The notes: generated by a model from the sequence alone, not told the origin. 63,751 bases of DNA, filler included, from Globobulimina sp. (GCA_003354225.1; 42 parts of 42 records of this genome joined end to end with filler, not necessarily neighbours in it), one strand, 5' to 3'; positions 1 to 14,324 are shown, numbered from the whole stretch's first letter. A program made the numbers and translations.

Positions 1-139
1 AATGAGATAGTCATTCCATTTTGAGTAATATTCGATACGTTGATTTTTAGCGGTAATAGACGTGAACCTGATTGCTGGGCCATAATGTTAGTGAAGTTTA
101 TGTTTTTGTACAGATTTAAATTAAGTTTTCGCTTGAAAC

Positions 140-1246
140 ATGTCTTCGAGCCTACTCATTCTCCAAATAATATCTATTGTGATAATGTTCGTGTTAACAG
201 TGCTACACTTTACAAACCATTATAAATTTAAATGTAAAAAAAGAAAGAAAACGGCACAAGAACAAACACGCAAACTACCATTAACCAGTCATCGATCTTC
301 AATTATTATCTACCACAACGCAGCAAATAACAATTGTTGTTGTTGTCAAATCGACATTTCATGTGGCCACACTTTAAACAAATATAAGTTTTTGGAATCA
401 CGGGATGACGACTTACAATGCTATCCGATGTTGTTTCTGTTTTATTTAATATTCTGTGTAATTACTGCGATTTTATCAATTATGAGAAACAATTTCGATC
501 AATATGTCACATTCTATTGTATCATACTATGTTGTTGCTGGGAATTATTGTTTAATTTTTATCGATTTGATTCAACCAAACATTGTGTTACAAGGTTAGC
601 AGTAAAAAGTGGCGGAGGAAACAGATATTACATTGAGATATTTTGCAAATTCATGATGTATACCACAGCTTTTATCATTATGTTTTCTCTCCTTTTATTT
701 TGTGACAATAGTTTTATTTTCGTTGTAGTCTCGTTTTTACTCATTTCAATGCACACATTCTCCAATGGATACTGTATCATTTCGTTTGTGCTTATTTTAA
801 TGCGGCAATATGAAGCATGTAATGGTCAAAGCGAAAGTTTGTTGTTTACAGTGAAGGATTCAATGCTTTCTGCAGCCACATTAATGGGGACAGTTTCTGT
901 TATTTCATGTGTTCTGTCTGCTGTTTATTTAACTGCTTTAATCATAACATTCCATTTCCAATATTCTGTGTATATATTACCTTTTTTTCCTGTATTTTGG
1001 AGTGTTTCCACATCAATGTTCTCTATGAATTTTGTTCGAAATCGAAATCAATTCTATGAGAGATATTTGGTTACAAAGCAATGCTACAAACAAAAGAAAG
1101 ACAATGCGAGCAATCAGACATATTATCAGCAATCACCAAGGCAACAACCATCGGATGCAATGAATAAAAATAATATTCAGAGGCAAACTAATTCGCATGG
1201 TACTGTATACAATATGGCTCTTTTCGTAAAAACGTTACCTTTTTGA
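140..1246 (+). CDS. Multi-pass membrane protein, 7TM/GPCR-like, unknown function
   Basis: 368-aa ORF with about 7 hydrophobic segments and a hydrophilic Q/N-rich C-terminal tail. Confidence 0.55.
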   Translation: MSSSLLILQIISIVIMFVLTVLHFTNHYKFKCKKRKKTAQEQTRKLPLTSHRSSIIIYHNAANNNCCCCQIDISCGHTLNKYKFLESRDDDLQCYPMLFLFYLIFCVITAILSIMRNNFDQYVTFYCIILCCCWELLFNFYRFDSTKHCVTRLAVKSGGGNRYYIEIFCKFMMYTTAFIIMFSLLLFCDNSFIFVVVSFLLISMHTFSNGYCIISFVLILMRQYEACNGQSESLLFTVKDSMLSAATLMGTVSVISCVLSAVYLTALIITFHFQYSVYILPFFPVFWSVSTSMFSMNFVRNRNQFYERYLVTKQCYKQKKDNASNQTYYQQSPRQQPSDAMNKNNIQRQTNSHGTVYNMALFVKTLPF

Positions 1247-1421
1247 AATGAACTCTGTTTGTTTAATTTACAAACTGTCAGAACAAAGGTATAACATATA
1301 TAATATAACAGATCGAAACAATTCAGTTTGCTAAAGGTGCAAAGGGATTAAAAATTAATAATTTGTAATTACAACAATGATGGTATGTTTGAGTGGTACT
1401 ATTTTGAATAGATGCTGCATA

Positions 1422-1521
1422 NNNNNNNNNNNNNNNNNNNNNNNNNNNNNNNNNNNNNNNNNNNNTTAATTAATTAANNNNNNNNNNNNNNNNNNNNNNN
1501 NNNNNNNNNNNNNNNNNNNNN
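1422..1521. other. Artificial contig-joining spacer (N run + TTAATTAATTAA + N run); 41 such spacers recur every ~1520 nt
   Basis: Near-identical 100-nt N/linker blocks throughout; the linker has stops in all six frames; contig lengths fall steadily from 1421 to 1419 nt. Confidence 0.99.
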
Positions 1522-2942
1522 CCTCTTAATCGCAACACTAAATGTATTGTAGATTCTTTTTGTATATTATAATCACTAAAACTTCTACCATCTTCCAATT
1601 GTTTCCCAGCAAATATCAACCTTTGTTGTTCTGGTGGTATCCCTTCTTTCTTTTGAATTAATCCTTTAACTCTTTGGATTGCGTGGTTTGGCTCAACATC
1701 CAATGTAATGGTTTTACCGGTTAATGTTTTAACAAATATCTGCATGCCCCCACCACGAATAAATGTATTCTTATAATTTGTTTTTTTGATCGTCTGTGCA
1801 AGCATACCGACGCCACGATTTATATCATTTTTAGACATTATAACATTAATTAAATTATCTTCGAGTACACCCATAGATTCAATAAAAAATTCGTATTTTA
1901 ATGTTTGAGCATTTTCAGTGATTAATAGCATTTTATTTATATCCAAGTTCAATGAGTTACTAATTTCCTTATATATGGCATGGGCAGTATCCATTGAATG
2001 TACTTGAATTAAATTTAAATGTTCATCTCCTTTATATTGCACAGTTAGTTTAAATGTAAAATCTGGAATTAATAATAATGTATCACCATCACATATTTTT
2101 TCATAATATATTCTTGATTTATTGGCGTATTCTTCCAATCCGTTTCCAAATGTTTTCTCAATAATATTTTGTTTCAAAATCAAATTGGAATCTTTAAATA
2201 AATGTAATCTCTCCACAGTTAAATGTAATTCACCACAAATATTTGCATAATTCTTGTTTGGTAAATCCTTAATAAATTCTTGTTTAATGTCAGCAATGGT
2301 CGACGAAGAATAAACTGCGATATTTAATGCATTTGGACATAAATAGGCACATTTCATTTTTAATAACATTGGATTATTTGGTATTAAATATAAAAACATT
2401 TCTGGCAAAATATTTTGATCAATTAATGAGTCATTTAGTGACAATGCAATACCATTTATCTTTGGTGGTGCAGTTATTGTATATTTCAATGGATTAATAT
2501 TATTACACAATAACTGTGATCGTAAATCTTTATCAAAATACACAAAAACACATTGTTTCTTACCATTTTCACTTAAAAATATGGGAAATTTTTCATTCTC
2601 ATCATATATATATTCATTTGGTAATATTTCAATATCTAAGTCCTGTTTAATATCATTCTCGTTCTCATTTGAATTCATTTTAATATCATTATCTTGATTC
2701 TCTTCATTTATAGCCATCATTTCCTTTGTTTTTTGCTTATCATATTCAACCCAATGATGTTGCGCAAAATAATCATTTTTAATACTTTTACACCATTTGT
2801 TTTTATCTTCCTTCCTGGAACAAAGAACACGAAATAATTTTCATTAAAAACCAATGTATTTATTACTTAACGACAAAGATCGCAATTTATGGGACACTTT
2901 AAACATATATTTTTCATTAAAAATAAAAGCTTTAAATTTCTG
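1522..2942 (-). CDS. Multi-ubiquitin-like domain protein ending in a near-canonical ubiquitin (partial, both ends truncated; intron 2815-2871)
   Basis: [18 protein letters not shown]...[15 protein letters not shown]...[14 protein letters not shown] at the C-terminus; 2-3 degenerate Ubl-like units upstream; the frame continues past 2720 across a GTTAAG...TTCCAG intron. Confidence 0.9.
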
Positions 2943-3325
2943 NNNNNNNNNNNNNNNNNNNNNNNNNNNNNNNNNNNNNNNNNNNNTTAATTAATTAANN
3001 NNNNNNNNNNNNNNNNNNNNNNNNNNNNNNNNNNNNNNNNNNGGGCCTGTGAACCGACTTATGTTTATATGCATTATTCTCGTGGAATTTGCTCAAAATC
3101 AGCAAACATACTAAACAGAACATCAGGAACAACATACCAAGAGCTTTGCTGCTCTGCTCTACTCATACCATACTCAAAGCGAACCAGGTTTTCTACTTGG
3201 TTCAGTTACATATTCTTCTATTTTAGTATTCTTGATGCTAGTGCGTATTTAGCAGTTTTCAAACTCCTAAAAACAACTTAACTATCACTCAAAAACATTG
3301 TCTTGGAGGGAACACTAAACAAAGC

Positions 3326-4463
<1,138 letters not shown>

Positions 4464-4563
4464 NNNNNNNNNNNNNNNNNNNNNNNNNNNNNNNNNNNNN
4501 NNNNNNNTTAATTAATTAANNNNNNNNNNNNNNNNNNNNNNNNNNNNNNNNNNNNNNNNNNNN

Positions 4564-5920
4564 AAGAGGAAACGGATATATACATCAAAGAAGAAAAGGA
4601 AGCTAAATATTTAGGAATAACATTAAGTAACAATAATAAAGATATAACGAATCAACATAAGACTAAATTAGGTGATCAGACCCGAATAGAAGCCTGCAGA
4701 TGTTTCAAACCAGCTATGGCCACTGCTAGATCCATTCTGTACGGAGCAAAAATACATACGTAATCCCAAAAATATTACACGGTATTGCATCGATTAGATA
4801 TACCAAAGAAACTTTCAAAAAAATTGAAATCCAAGAACGGGAATATATAAGAACAATCGCCCGATTACCAAAATTTACGAATAATATGGTTTTATATGGA
4901 GAAACAGGAATAATCCCTATGTCCATGGAAGCCGATAAACGAACGATTAACTATTTAGCACATATACAGAATCTAAATAACGATAATATAGTAAAAATTG
5001 TTTTACTAGAACAATATGAAATATACAATAGTAGGAAAAATCCTCAAATATGGTTAACACATGCAATAAAATGCTGTACCAAATACAATATAAATCCATT
5101 TAATATACCAAAACCTAACAAAATAAAAGAAATTATCAATCACCATTGGAAGATAAAATATAGTAATATCGTCGAAAATGCAGGGTCTCTGGTGCATTAT
5201 CGGGATAAAGTGGATCCAAAAATCAATAATAAATTAAATCTCCAAACTGGAGGAGACTTCTGGCTAAAAATAAAAGCTGGTTGTTTACTTCTTAATGATC
5301 GTGTAAATCGCCCATGCACGAGATGTAATGAAAATAAACTTGAAACTGCGGAACATCTAATGTGGGAATGTGAACAAAATATTTATTTGAATGAATTTGA
5401 AAACAATATACAAAAATTATGGATATTATTACCGAATAACATAAATGGACATATAAAACCTAACTACAATACATGTTCCGATACTGAACGAATACAATTT
5501 CTGATCTTAATAACTGATTATATCCTAAGTGATTCAGCATCAGGAATATTAATAAATATAACAGGTACTATAATAAAAGACGCATATAAAAATAGACCTG
5601 AAACAATTGAATACCAAGCAAGATATAATAATAAATGAAATAATATTAAACTGGAGAATTTCAATGGTGAGAAGTTTATGGTCAAACCGGATGTCAATGT
5701 CAATTCAAGAGGAAACCTGAAAAAGGAAGAATCATCAATGATGTCGATAATGGCAAATGAAGTCTCAAACTACAACTTCAAACCATAGAAATAATCCAAT
5801 TGAAATAATAAAATCTCTTTACTATGTGATAATACTAAACTGTGATATTTTTGTGCCATGTAGCTTATATTATAAGTCTGTGCACTACTGAAATAAATTG
5901 TACTGTCCAACAAAAAAAAA
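4564..5920 (+). mobile_element. 3' portion of a non-LTR retrotransposon (LINE), frameshifted
   Basis: KYLGI RT motif at ~4605, frameshift near 4755, VLYGETG thumb region, C-terminal CxxC...ETAEHLMWEC zinc knuckle; AATAAA at 5892 then an A-run at 5912-5921. Confidence 0.8.
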
Positions 5921-7605
5921 ATTCATGGGCTTGATTCATCATGCAATTCCTCAATATTAAGGAGAATAAAAGGAATGGAAGACTNNNNNNNNNNNNNNNN
6001 NNNNNNNNNNNNNNNNNNNNNNNNNNNNTTAATTAATTAANNNNNNNNNNNNNNNNNNNNNNNNNNNNNNNNNNNNNNNNNNNNCCTGTAATATTTTCCA
6101 AAATAAATTAAAACAAATCAGAGAGTAGTATTTCACAATCATATCCATAATAAATTTATTTTGGGGGGTCCAAGCTTAATAATTACAACAAAAATACCCT
6201 AACAATTTTTTTTCTGCGGTGTTACGTTTCGGTTTTCTGCGGTTGTATACTGTTGAATCGTTCTATGATTGGATATATATATTTTCACCAAACTATGGAA
6301 GAAAAGAAAATGTTTCAACAAACTGTGGAATTTTGTAAAGAATGTTTACATCCCTTTGCCATATTATCATTTACAAATTGCATAAAGTATATTGAATTAG
6401 TCGTCAAACGTGATATCAACGATCAAATCGTGAAGCAGTTGTGAAACCATTACACGCAATACTAACTTCAATCAAATAATTAAATTTGTTTGAGAGTTTC
6501 AAATATTTTTGTTGTTTCAAAAAAAAACAGCATTTTTCTGAGATTTGGGGGGTCCTCTCGACCCCCCTCGACCCCCCTTGTCTTTAGGCTTGCTACTTTT
6601 CAAATTCCATTCAAGATTTATGTTTTAAATTCCATACTTTTTTAATCAAGCAATCACAACACTTAACACACATCCAACACTTTTTTGACATTTTATATAC
6701 AATGTTTCCAATATCTGGTATTACAAATCAAGCACAAATTCATCAACCACCAAAAAATATTGGTTATTTATTTGATCCTAAAAACTTTGCTTGTAATCAT
6801 GGTGATAATGTAATTGATTACGTTGATGATATCCCGATGATTATTCAGCAAATAATTGCACATAAACTTCAAGCATTTGAGATATTTAGTATGCGGGTCT
6901 CACCTTCTTCTTATCCAAAAAAGCGCTGTATAAAGGCGCTATATGTATTTTGAATATTTGAATATTTGTATTTTATATTATATATATATCGATGGAGAAT
7001 ACGCAAATTCATGTGTTTTTGATGTTGAAATTCCAATTCAATTTATTCTAATTATAATACAAACATATTTTCTATTTTTAACTCTTGAGCTGCTGCAGCA
7101 TATTAAGCTCATTGAAGTCTCGCATAAAATACTCTTTGTTCTCATCCATGCCGATCTCCTTATTGTTGCTGTAAATGTGATAAGTGTGGATATGAGCAGG
7201 CTCTTTAACTCGTTTATGTAAAGAAAAAAGTATAAAAAAAAGAAGAACAAACATTTTATTTCTCAATTTTATCCGTTGTATGATGCTCCACACGACGTAT
7301 AATGTCTATATATATGATTTTATTTTTGCTTTTTTCTTGCAAAATCGCCTGTTGTTTTTGAGATTGCTTTTAAACTAAGATAGCATATGCATATAATACA
7401 TAGATGTTTCATATATAAACCACTATCGTAGTTTAAAAATCCAATCTCGGCTAGAAGTGACTGTAAAGTGACATGACCTAACATGTTAAGGTTACGAACT
7501 TAATTNNNNNNNNNNNNNNNNNNNNNNNNNNNNNNNNNNNNNNNNNNNNTTAATTAATTAANNNNNNNNNNNNNNNNNNNNNNNNNNNNNNNNNNNNNNN
7601 NNNNN

Positions 7606-8010
7606 CATTTATCCAAACAATATACACAAAAGTTATAACTAAGAAAGTAGAGTCAAATTGGGTGGCACAACCGATTGGCGTACCTCAGGGATCTGCTCTG
7701 TCCCCCATCCTATTTATACTATTTACCAATGACTATAATCTAAATAATCCAAAATATGTCCACTTTGCTTGCTTCGCAGACGATACGGCGTTTTGGACCA
7801 GCCCTGGTTCCAAAGATCCCCTCCGATACAAATTCCTACAAAAAGAATTAAATAATTTTAGTTATTGGTGTGACAGATGGCAACTAATGATAAACCCATC
7901 CAAATGTTCCTCCATAAACCTCTCCCATAGCAACCCCCTAAAATTCCATCCCAAATCGTCCAATGTACTAAATCCGAAATCAAATATAATGGAAACTATC
8001 AGCAAATATA
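7606..8010 (+). mobile_element. LINE reverse transcriptase fragment (catalytic core)
   Basis: GVPQGSALSPILFILF, FADD, WCDRWQLMINPSKC. Confidence 0.92.
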
Positions 8011-8011
8011 A

Positions 8012-9026
8012 CAAACCATTGGATATAAAACTTTCTACCGAGGCCATAAACCTTGGTGGAACCGCAAAATAAAGAAATTAAAAAAGAAATGCAAAAGACT
8101 GCGACGAAGAATGCAAAGAATGAAAAGAAACGCCAGAAGATTGAATAAAGAATACACCAATTTCCCCAGATATAAACGTGAAAAAATAAAGCTAAATAAA
8201 TTCAGAATCCTTAAATATAATCAAATAACCATTGCAAAAGCAAAATATAATGATAAAATAAATAATTATATACAAACGTGTAAGGATTATGGCCGCAGAT
8301 TCTGGCGAACCATATCCAACAACAAATCGAACCAAACTGATACTAATAATATACCCCCACTGAACTATAGAAATGAATCCAATATAACAGACCCAAAGAA
8401 ACAGGCAAAGGCGTTACACGAAGCGATGACGAGACCGCCTAAACCTCAATCAAACCCAGAACATGAAAAATGGCATGATTACATAAATGATTTTGTCCCA
8501 GAATACCTCATAAACCATCGTAATAATCCTATTCAAAACAAAAACGACATCCATAATATAACAAATGATAAAATAAACCAGAGCCAGTCATCACAAATAA
8601 ACTATCCGTCCGATATAAACACATCAATCAAATTAATACCAAACCAATACCAAACACTAAATGACCCAATACGTAAATATGAAATCAAAAATGTAATAAA
8701 AAAATTAGATACACATAAAGCATTCGGCCCAGACAGAATCCACAACCAAATGCTCAAACATGGTGGCGATGCGCTAATTGATTCATTATTACCTCTGTTC
8801 AATAATTGCATGACACTGGGGACGTTCCCGGGATATTGGAACTTTGCTCATATACTACCGATACCTAAACCAAATAAGGACCATAGCAATCCTAAGAACT
8901 ACCGTCACATTGCCATCTCGTCGTGCCTTGGAAGGGTTTTTGAGAAAGTCTTAGCAAACAGACTTCAACATTTTTGTGTCTCAAATAGAATATTTAATAA
9001 TTACCAGTGCGGCTTTCAGATAAATA
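8012..9026 (+). mobile_element. LINE ORF2 fragment: post-endonuclease linker plus N-terminal RT subdomains
   Basis: KPWWNRKI, KAFGPDRIHNQMLK, ILPIPKPNKD...NYRHIAISSCLGRVFEKVL...QCGF. Confidence 0.92.
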
Positions 9027-9126
9027 NNNNNNNNNNNNNNNNNNNNNNNNNNNNNNNNNNNNNNNNNNNNTTAATTAATTAANNNNNNNNNNNNNNNNNN
9101 NNNNNNNNNNNNNNNNNNNNNNNNNN

Positions 9127-10547
9127 ATTGCCGAGCCCAAAAATAAAAAAAAACGTAATTACAAATCGAAAAAAAAGAAAAACGGAAAAAAAAATGGCGA
9201 CAATGAATATTGGACGCAAATAAACCATCAAATCAATAAATTATATGGCAACTTTTGTTGTTCATTGTTATTATTATTAAATATCTACAATGAGAAAGAA
9301 ATAGTGCGTGAACAACAACTGACACAATTATTAATGTGTTGTTTTAATACTTTTGATATTCAAAATATCGACGATATTCAAGACGGCTGCAAGGCGTTAA
9401 TCGTAACTATCTTCGTCAAATACGAAGCACATCGGCATGATATATGTGGTCGTATCATGGATTATTATCGCAGTTTGCATAAAACATACTACGCCAAACG
9501 GCGAATCACCGAATCCAAAGAGAAAGATTGTAACTTTATCCATTTAATTAACATGTTGATACTCGAAATGTGTCAATCATTATCCACCAAAATGTTATTA
9601 CATAAACAGAAGGAATTGCGGCAAATTCAATGTATGAACACACCAATTAATAAGCAGCGACATTATAAAACCACACTGACACACAATTATATAGACAAAC
9701 ATTTACTATTCACACAAGCGATTATTAAGCCAATGGAGGATTGTAAGCAGATTTTAAATCATATCATCAAAGGCATTGTCAACATCGTGATCAGTACACA
9801 AGTACAACAGCATAAAGACGACAAATTGGTGATGTTTTATAAGGATTTACTGAATGTGTGGGATTTGGCGGAATGGCCCATTGCTGAATATGCATTGCAT
9901 ACTACTTTGCGTGCGTTTCATGCCTATTTAACGTCGTCGCAAATACAATCAAATAAACAGTTTAAGTCGTTTCGAGCGTATTTCATCAGCGGTTTGGCGG
10001 CTATTTGTGCCCAGGCGCGGTTGGCCAAAAATAGTGGCTTGAAAAATAAAATATGTACCACCAAGAAATCGGAATTGAGTCCGGTGAATAGTTCGGATCC
10101 AACGGCAGAGACTGAAATTATTGATTGCAAATGTGGCAATAATAAGAAATGCGCCGAGTTGAAGAAAGATATTTTAATGATTGATTGCGATGATTGTCAC
10201 TCATGGTCGCATGGCAAATGTGTGGGCATATTATCGAGTGAGCTGATACCTACACATTGGATCTGTGACGGCTGTGAACTAAACAGGGAGATCGAGGGAC
10301 AATTGCTACAAATTAATGCCAAGCACGGCTCTGATATTATGCAGCATAATTTTGATGAAAGCACCAAATTACATATTTTATTGATAAACTATTTAAGCAA
10401 ACAGTTGCCGACAAATAATTATTATATTCCATTGTTATCCAACCATCAATTAAGTGCGCGGCAGTTTCATTTGATACAATGGCTATTTTGGAAAAACGAT
10501 GCAGACAAAAAAAACAAACAAAAAAAAAAAAAAAAGTTAAAGATGCC
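9127..10547 (+). CDS. SCC2: Cohesin loader SCC2/Nipped-B-like protein, internal fragment with an inserted PHD finger
   Basis: DLLNVWDLAEWPIAEYAL resembles the NIPBL DLL...PEWPAAELLL motif; LLINYL...SARQFHLIQW resembles LLDYL...SRKFYIAQW; C4HC3 PHD between them; frame open across the whole contig. Confidence 0.78.
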
Positions 10548-10647
10548 NNNNNNNNNNNNNNNNNNNNNNNNNNNNNNNNNNNNNNNNNNNNTTAATTAAT
10601 TAANNNNNNNNNNNNNNNNNNNNNNNNNNNNNNNNNNNNNNNNNNNN

Positions 10648-11353
10648 CAGTCAATGGGGGATGGTATTGCGAGACGATGGTTTCGCTGAAACCCGCCAGG
10701 TACATCGCCACAGAGAAGCAAAGCGCTGTGTATATGCGGAGTGCATCAGTAACAATGACAACGGTGCGGATATATATACATCAAGTCATACCCAATGCGA
10801 ATAAGATGCCGATAACTCCGCCAAATTCAGGGCCCAATGAGCGCGAAATGAGGAAGTAGTAACCTCCAGATTTGACCTCGCCATTTGTACAGATGGCGCT
10901 GAAGGACAATGCAGTGAGGAACGTGACAGACGATGCTAATATTATAATGATTATGGTTTGCCAGATCCCAGCATTGCCGACGACCCACGCCGTGCGTAGA
11001 TACATTATGACTCCCCAGATGCACAAAAGACAGCGGCCCAGGACGCCATCGAGCATTCCAAACTTGCGGATGGGCGCTTTAGTTTTTTTATTTTGCCACA
11101 CCCGGTCGTTTTCTTGCAATTCTTGCTCTTCTAACAGTGCATCGTTCCTTTTGACGAGGGATTCGAAGGGTTTGTGGTCAGTCAGATGTGCGTCTAACTG
11201 ACCTGAAGAGAGTTCCGCTACAGTTGGACGTGTATGGTTTGTGATTGTGCCGAAATTTCTTCGCGAGGGCTGAATTTCAACGGTGTCGCTCAGAGAAGGT
11301 TTATACTGTACACTTGGTTCCTCCAGTAACGGTTTTGCATTGGACGTACCCAT
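10648..11353 (-). CDS. SLC12 cation-chloride cotransporter, N-terminal part; intron 10726-10791
   Basis: KFGMLDGVLGRCLLCIWGVIMYLR, SAICTNGEVKSGGYYFLISRSLGPEFGG; after the intron AMYLAGFSETI. Confidence 0.93.
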
Positions 11354-11658
11354 GATTCAAAAAAAAATGATGCTAAATTGCTAAAGCTTTTTTTTAGTTT
11401 AATAATTTTCAAAATACTGAGAAACATAAATTTCCGGAACAGACATAAATCGGTTTGAAATGCGCAAAATCGCAACTCAATTATAATTAAGATGGTGAAT
11501 TTGCGTGCGTTTGATCAGATTTTAAATGTAAAAATGGTATACATCATGGCAGAGAAAAAAAGCATGACAAAGGAACAAAAAGAGTTATAAACAAGAAAAA
11601 AAAGTCTGTGAAAAGGGAAAAAAAAGTCTGTGAAAAGAAAGTAAATTTGTAATTATAT

Positions 11659-12068
11659 TTATTTTTGCATTTTGCTACATATTTGCATATAAGAATCTGT
11701 GCCATTCACCATTGTATTATATAAATTGGTACCGGGCATTCTATAGAAATTGAACAATAAGGTTTTTATAAACGATTTACAGGTCGGATACCATCGAAAT
11801 AACACCATTTTACTGACAATCTCCTCCCATATCCTATCGCACCTTTCTTTATCGCCATCTCTTGCTAAAATCGCACCTTTCGTCACATTCTCAATCCCGC
11901 AGGATTTGAAATTCTTTGTTGGTAAATATTGGATAATCTCAGTCCATGTACGTGTAAACAACGCATTTCCCCATAAAAACAATCCGTTATTCTTGAGAAC
12001 ACGAATGATTTCATCAATGATTTTTTCTGTTTCAGGATCGATATCAATTTCAGCGATATGGGTCTCTG
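11659..12068 (-). CDS. Hypothetical protein, C-terminal fragment
   Basis: ORF near the contig edge with protein-like composition; no motif recognised. Confidence 0.35.
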
Positions 12069-12168
12069 NNNNNNNNNNNNNNNNNNNNNNNNNNNNNNNN
12101 NNNNNNNNNNNNTTAATTAATTAANNNNNNNNNNNNNNNNNNNNNNNNNNNNNNNNNNNNNNNNNNNN

Positions 12169-13247
12169 ATTGCCGCCAATGTCATTTGCTACGTTGATGT
12201 GGCACTCGCTGAACGATCCAAATGTATTTGATAAGAACGACAGGTCCACGGTCACGGTGCCAATGTCAAAAGTGGAGAGATCGAAGGCTTGGTTTTTGTT
12301 ATCCGTCACAGACTGAAATAATAAACTGCCGCCAACCGAAACTATATCGAATTCTGTGGAATAAAAGGAAAGTCCAACGGCACTCTCTTCGATGAAACTG
12401 GCATCGCCAGCAATAACACCGTGGAAATTAAAAAATGAATTATAAAAACCATAACCGCCGGATGCCTTATCTTCGAATAATACGTTACCGCCGACATCAC
12501 CACTCACCGTAATATGCGATTCGCTGAAGGAACCTGTTCATTTTATATTGTTTTTTTTTAAGTAAGTTGCTCTGAAAAAGTCAGACATTTGAATTAGTTT
12601 ACTTCAATTTATACAAATAAAGACATACCGAATGTGTTGGATTTGAATGTCACATCGCCAGCAACTGCGGCAATGGCAAACGTGCTGTAATCAAAGGCCT
12701 CCTGTCCATTATCAAAACGCGATTCGGCCAGAAATGAGCCACCAATATCGCCATTAATTTGGATCTTACCCAACCAAAAATTTCTATTTACCCAATTACG
12801 AATTGCACCGCTTGTATCTTCAATAATTTCTACATTGCCCGCGATGTCACCAGTTACTGTCAATGTGGCGTAGTGAAACGCATAATAACTATTTCCATTG
12901 ACAGACACTGATAAAGCGCCTGAAAGGGATTCTACATTGATTTCAGCATAATACATGGCGTAATTTGCATCGGTGGCTGATACGGCAAAATTATTCACAT
13001 TATTGCCTGCGTTGATGGTACCATATTGTAAGGAATTATAGCTATTCAAATTAATGGTACAGTCACCAGAGCCGGTGCTGGGACAGGATATGATTGCGTA
13101 ACTACAGGAATAGGCTGCATTGCAATTGATAATACATGGCCAGTCGGTGCAGGCTATGGTGGCATGATCACTGGCGACATCTCTGTTAATTGTTTCACTG
13201 AATGCGGCATAAAATAAACAGCACAAAATAATGATATTCCAATTCAT
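12169..13247 (-). CDS. Secreted/surface repeat protein (beta-solenoid, adhesin-like), 3'-partial; intron 12534-12628
   Basis: Signal peptide MNWNIIILCCLFYAAFS, Cys-rich cap, ~28-aa repeats (GDIAGNV/GDIGGS/GDVGGNV); splicing restores NTFGSFSESHI, which recurs as NTFGSFSECHI. Confidence 0.75.
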
Positions 13248-13689
13248 TTTGAGATGGTTTCTTTTTAGATGTTTATTTTTTAGATATGGAAAAGGTGTAG
13301 TTTCAGAGTGTTTGAGAAATGAGAGGATGATTTTAAGTGATGCAGAATAAGTTTAGTTTACTGAAAACTGTTAAGCTTAAAAAAAATGTCAAAGAAACGC
13401 GGGTTCTCTCCATTGTCTGCCTTGGAAAAATGCAAATTAATCGAACAATGTCCAGATTTATTTCCAAGGCAGAATTGTTCAATGTTGGGAGTGTGAGGAA
13501 GAGGACCATATGAACACTGAAACATATTCTAAAGGAAAAGATAAAAATGGATGGATATTTGGCCATGGCTATGACGATACACGTTTACTNNNNNNNNNNN
13601 NNNNNNNNNNNNNNNNNNNNNNNNNNNNNNNNNTTAATTAATTAANNNNNNNNNNNNNNNNNNNNNNNNNNNNNNNNNNNNNNNNNNNN

Positions 13690-14280
13690 TTCATTTTCGT
13701 GGTACATTGGGAGTCCAATATAACGTAAGATTTCCTCTCTAATATGGGGCACAATCTCACAGCCAATATTTGTAAAATGATCATTTAAAATGTTTCTAAC
13801 CTCCAATATTTGTTTGAAAAGCCGAGCAATGATTTCATTTCTTACTGATGATTCTATATAATATTCATATAAACCTTTATCATTCCATTTGTCCCATTTT
13901 AAGCTAGTTGATAACCATAAATTCAGTCCTTTCATCATTAAATAATTCACCAATAATGTTATCCCAATTTTTTTATATTTCGGTAGTAACATATTTGGTG
14001 GATTTACAATATAATTATTCCAAACATAAAATTTCGAATAAAAATACGTTGCACTCACTGTAAACAAACTGCTTAACATCAATGGTAAATATGATTGGAT
14101 TTGATGTGTAAAATGTAATAATAAAACAGATTGGTTGTAATATACTATTTTCTTTGCTTGAGTGTGAATTCCAGGGTTTAATTGCTTCCATACGACGTTT
14201 GCCATGAAATATCCAATAATACCAACACTAGGACAAATATATAGGTATCGGTCCTGTAGTTGGCTGGCTAAAAATGACAT
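13690..14280 (-). CDS. Hypothetical membrane protein, 3'-partial
   Basis: ORF with 2-3 hydrophobic segments; start placed at the second ATG. Confidence 0.4.
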
Positions 14281-14324
14281 CGTTCCTGTAGTTTGAGAGT
14301 GAGCTAAAAAAACACAGCGAAAAC

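Noticed and set aside
6085-7505. Short ORFs and a G/C-tract hairpin at 6546-6578
   Set aside because: No recognisable motif or consistent exon structure; insufficient support.
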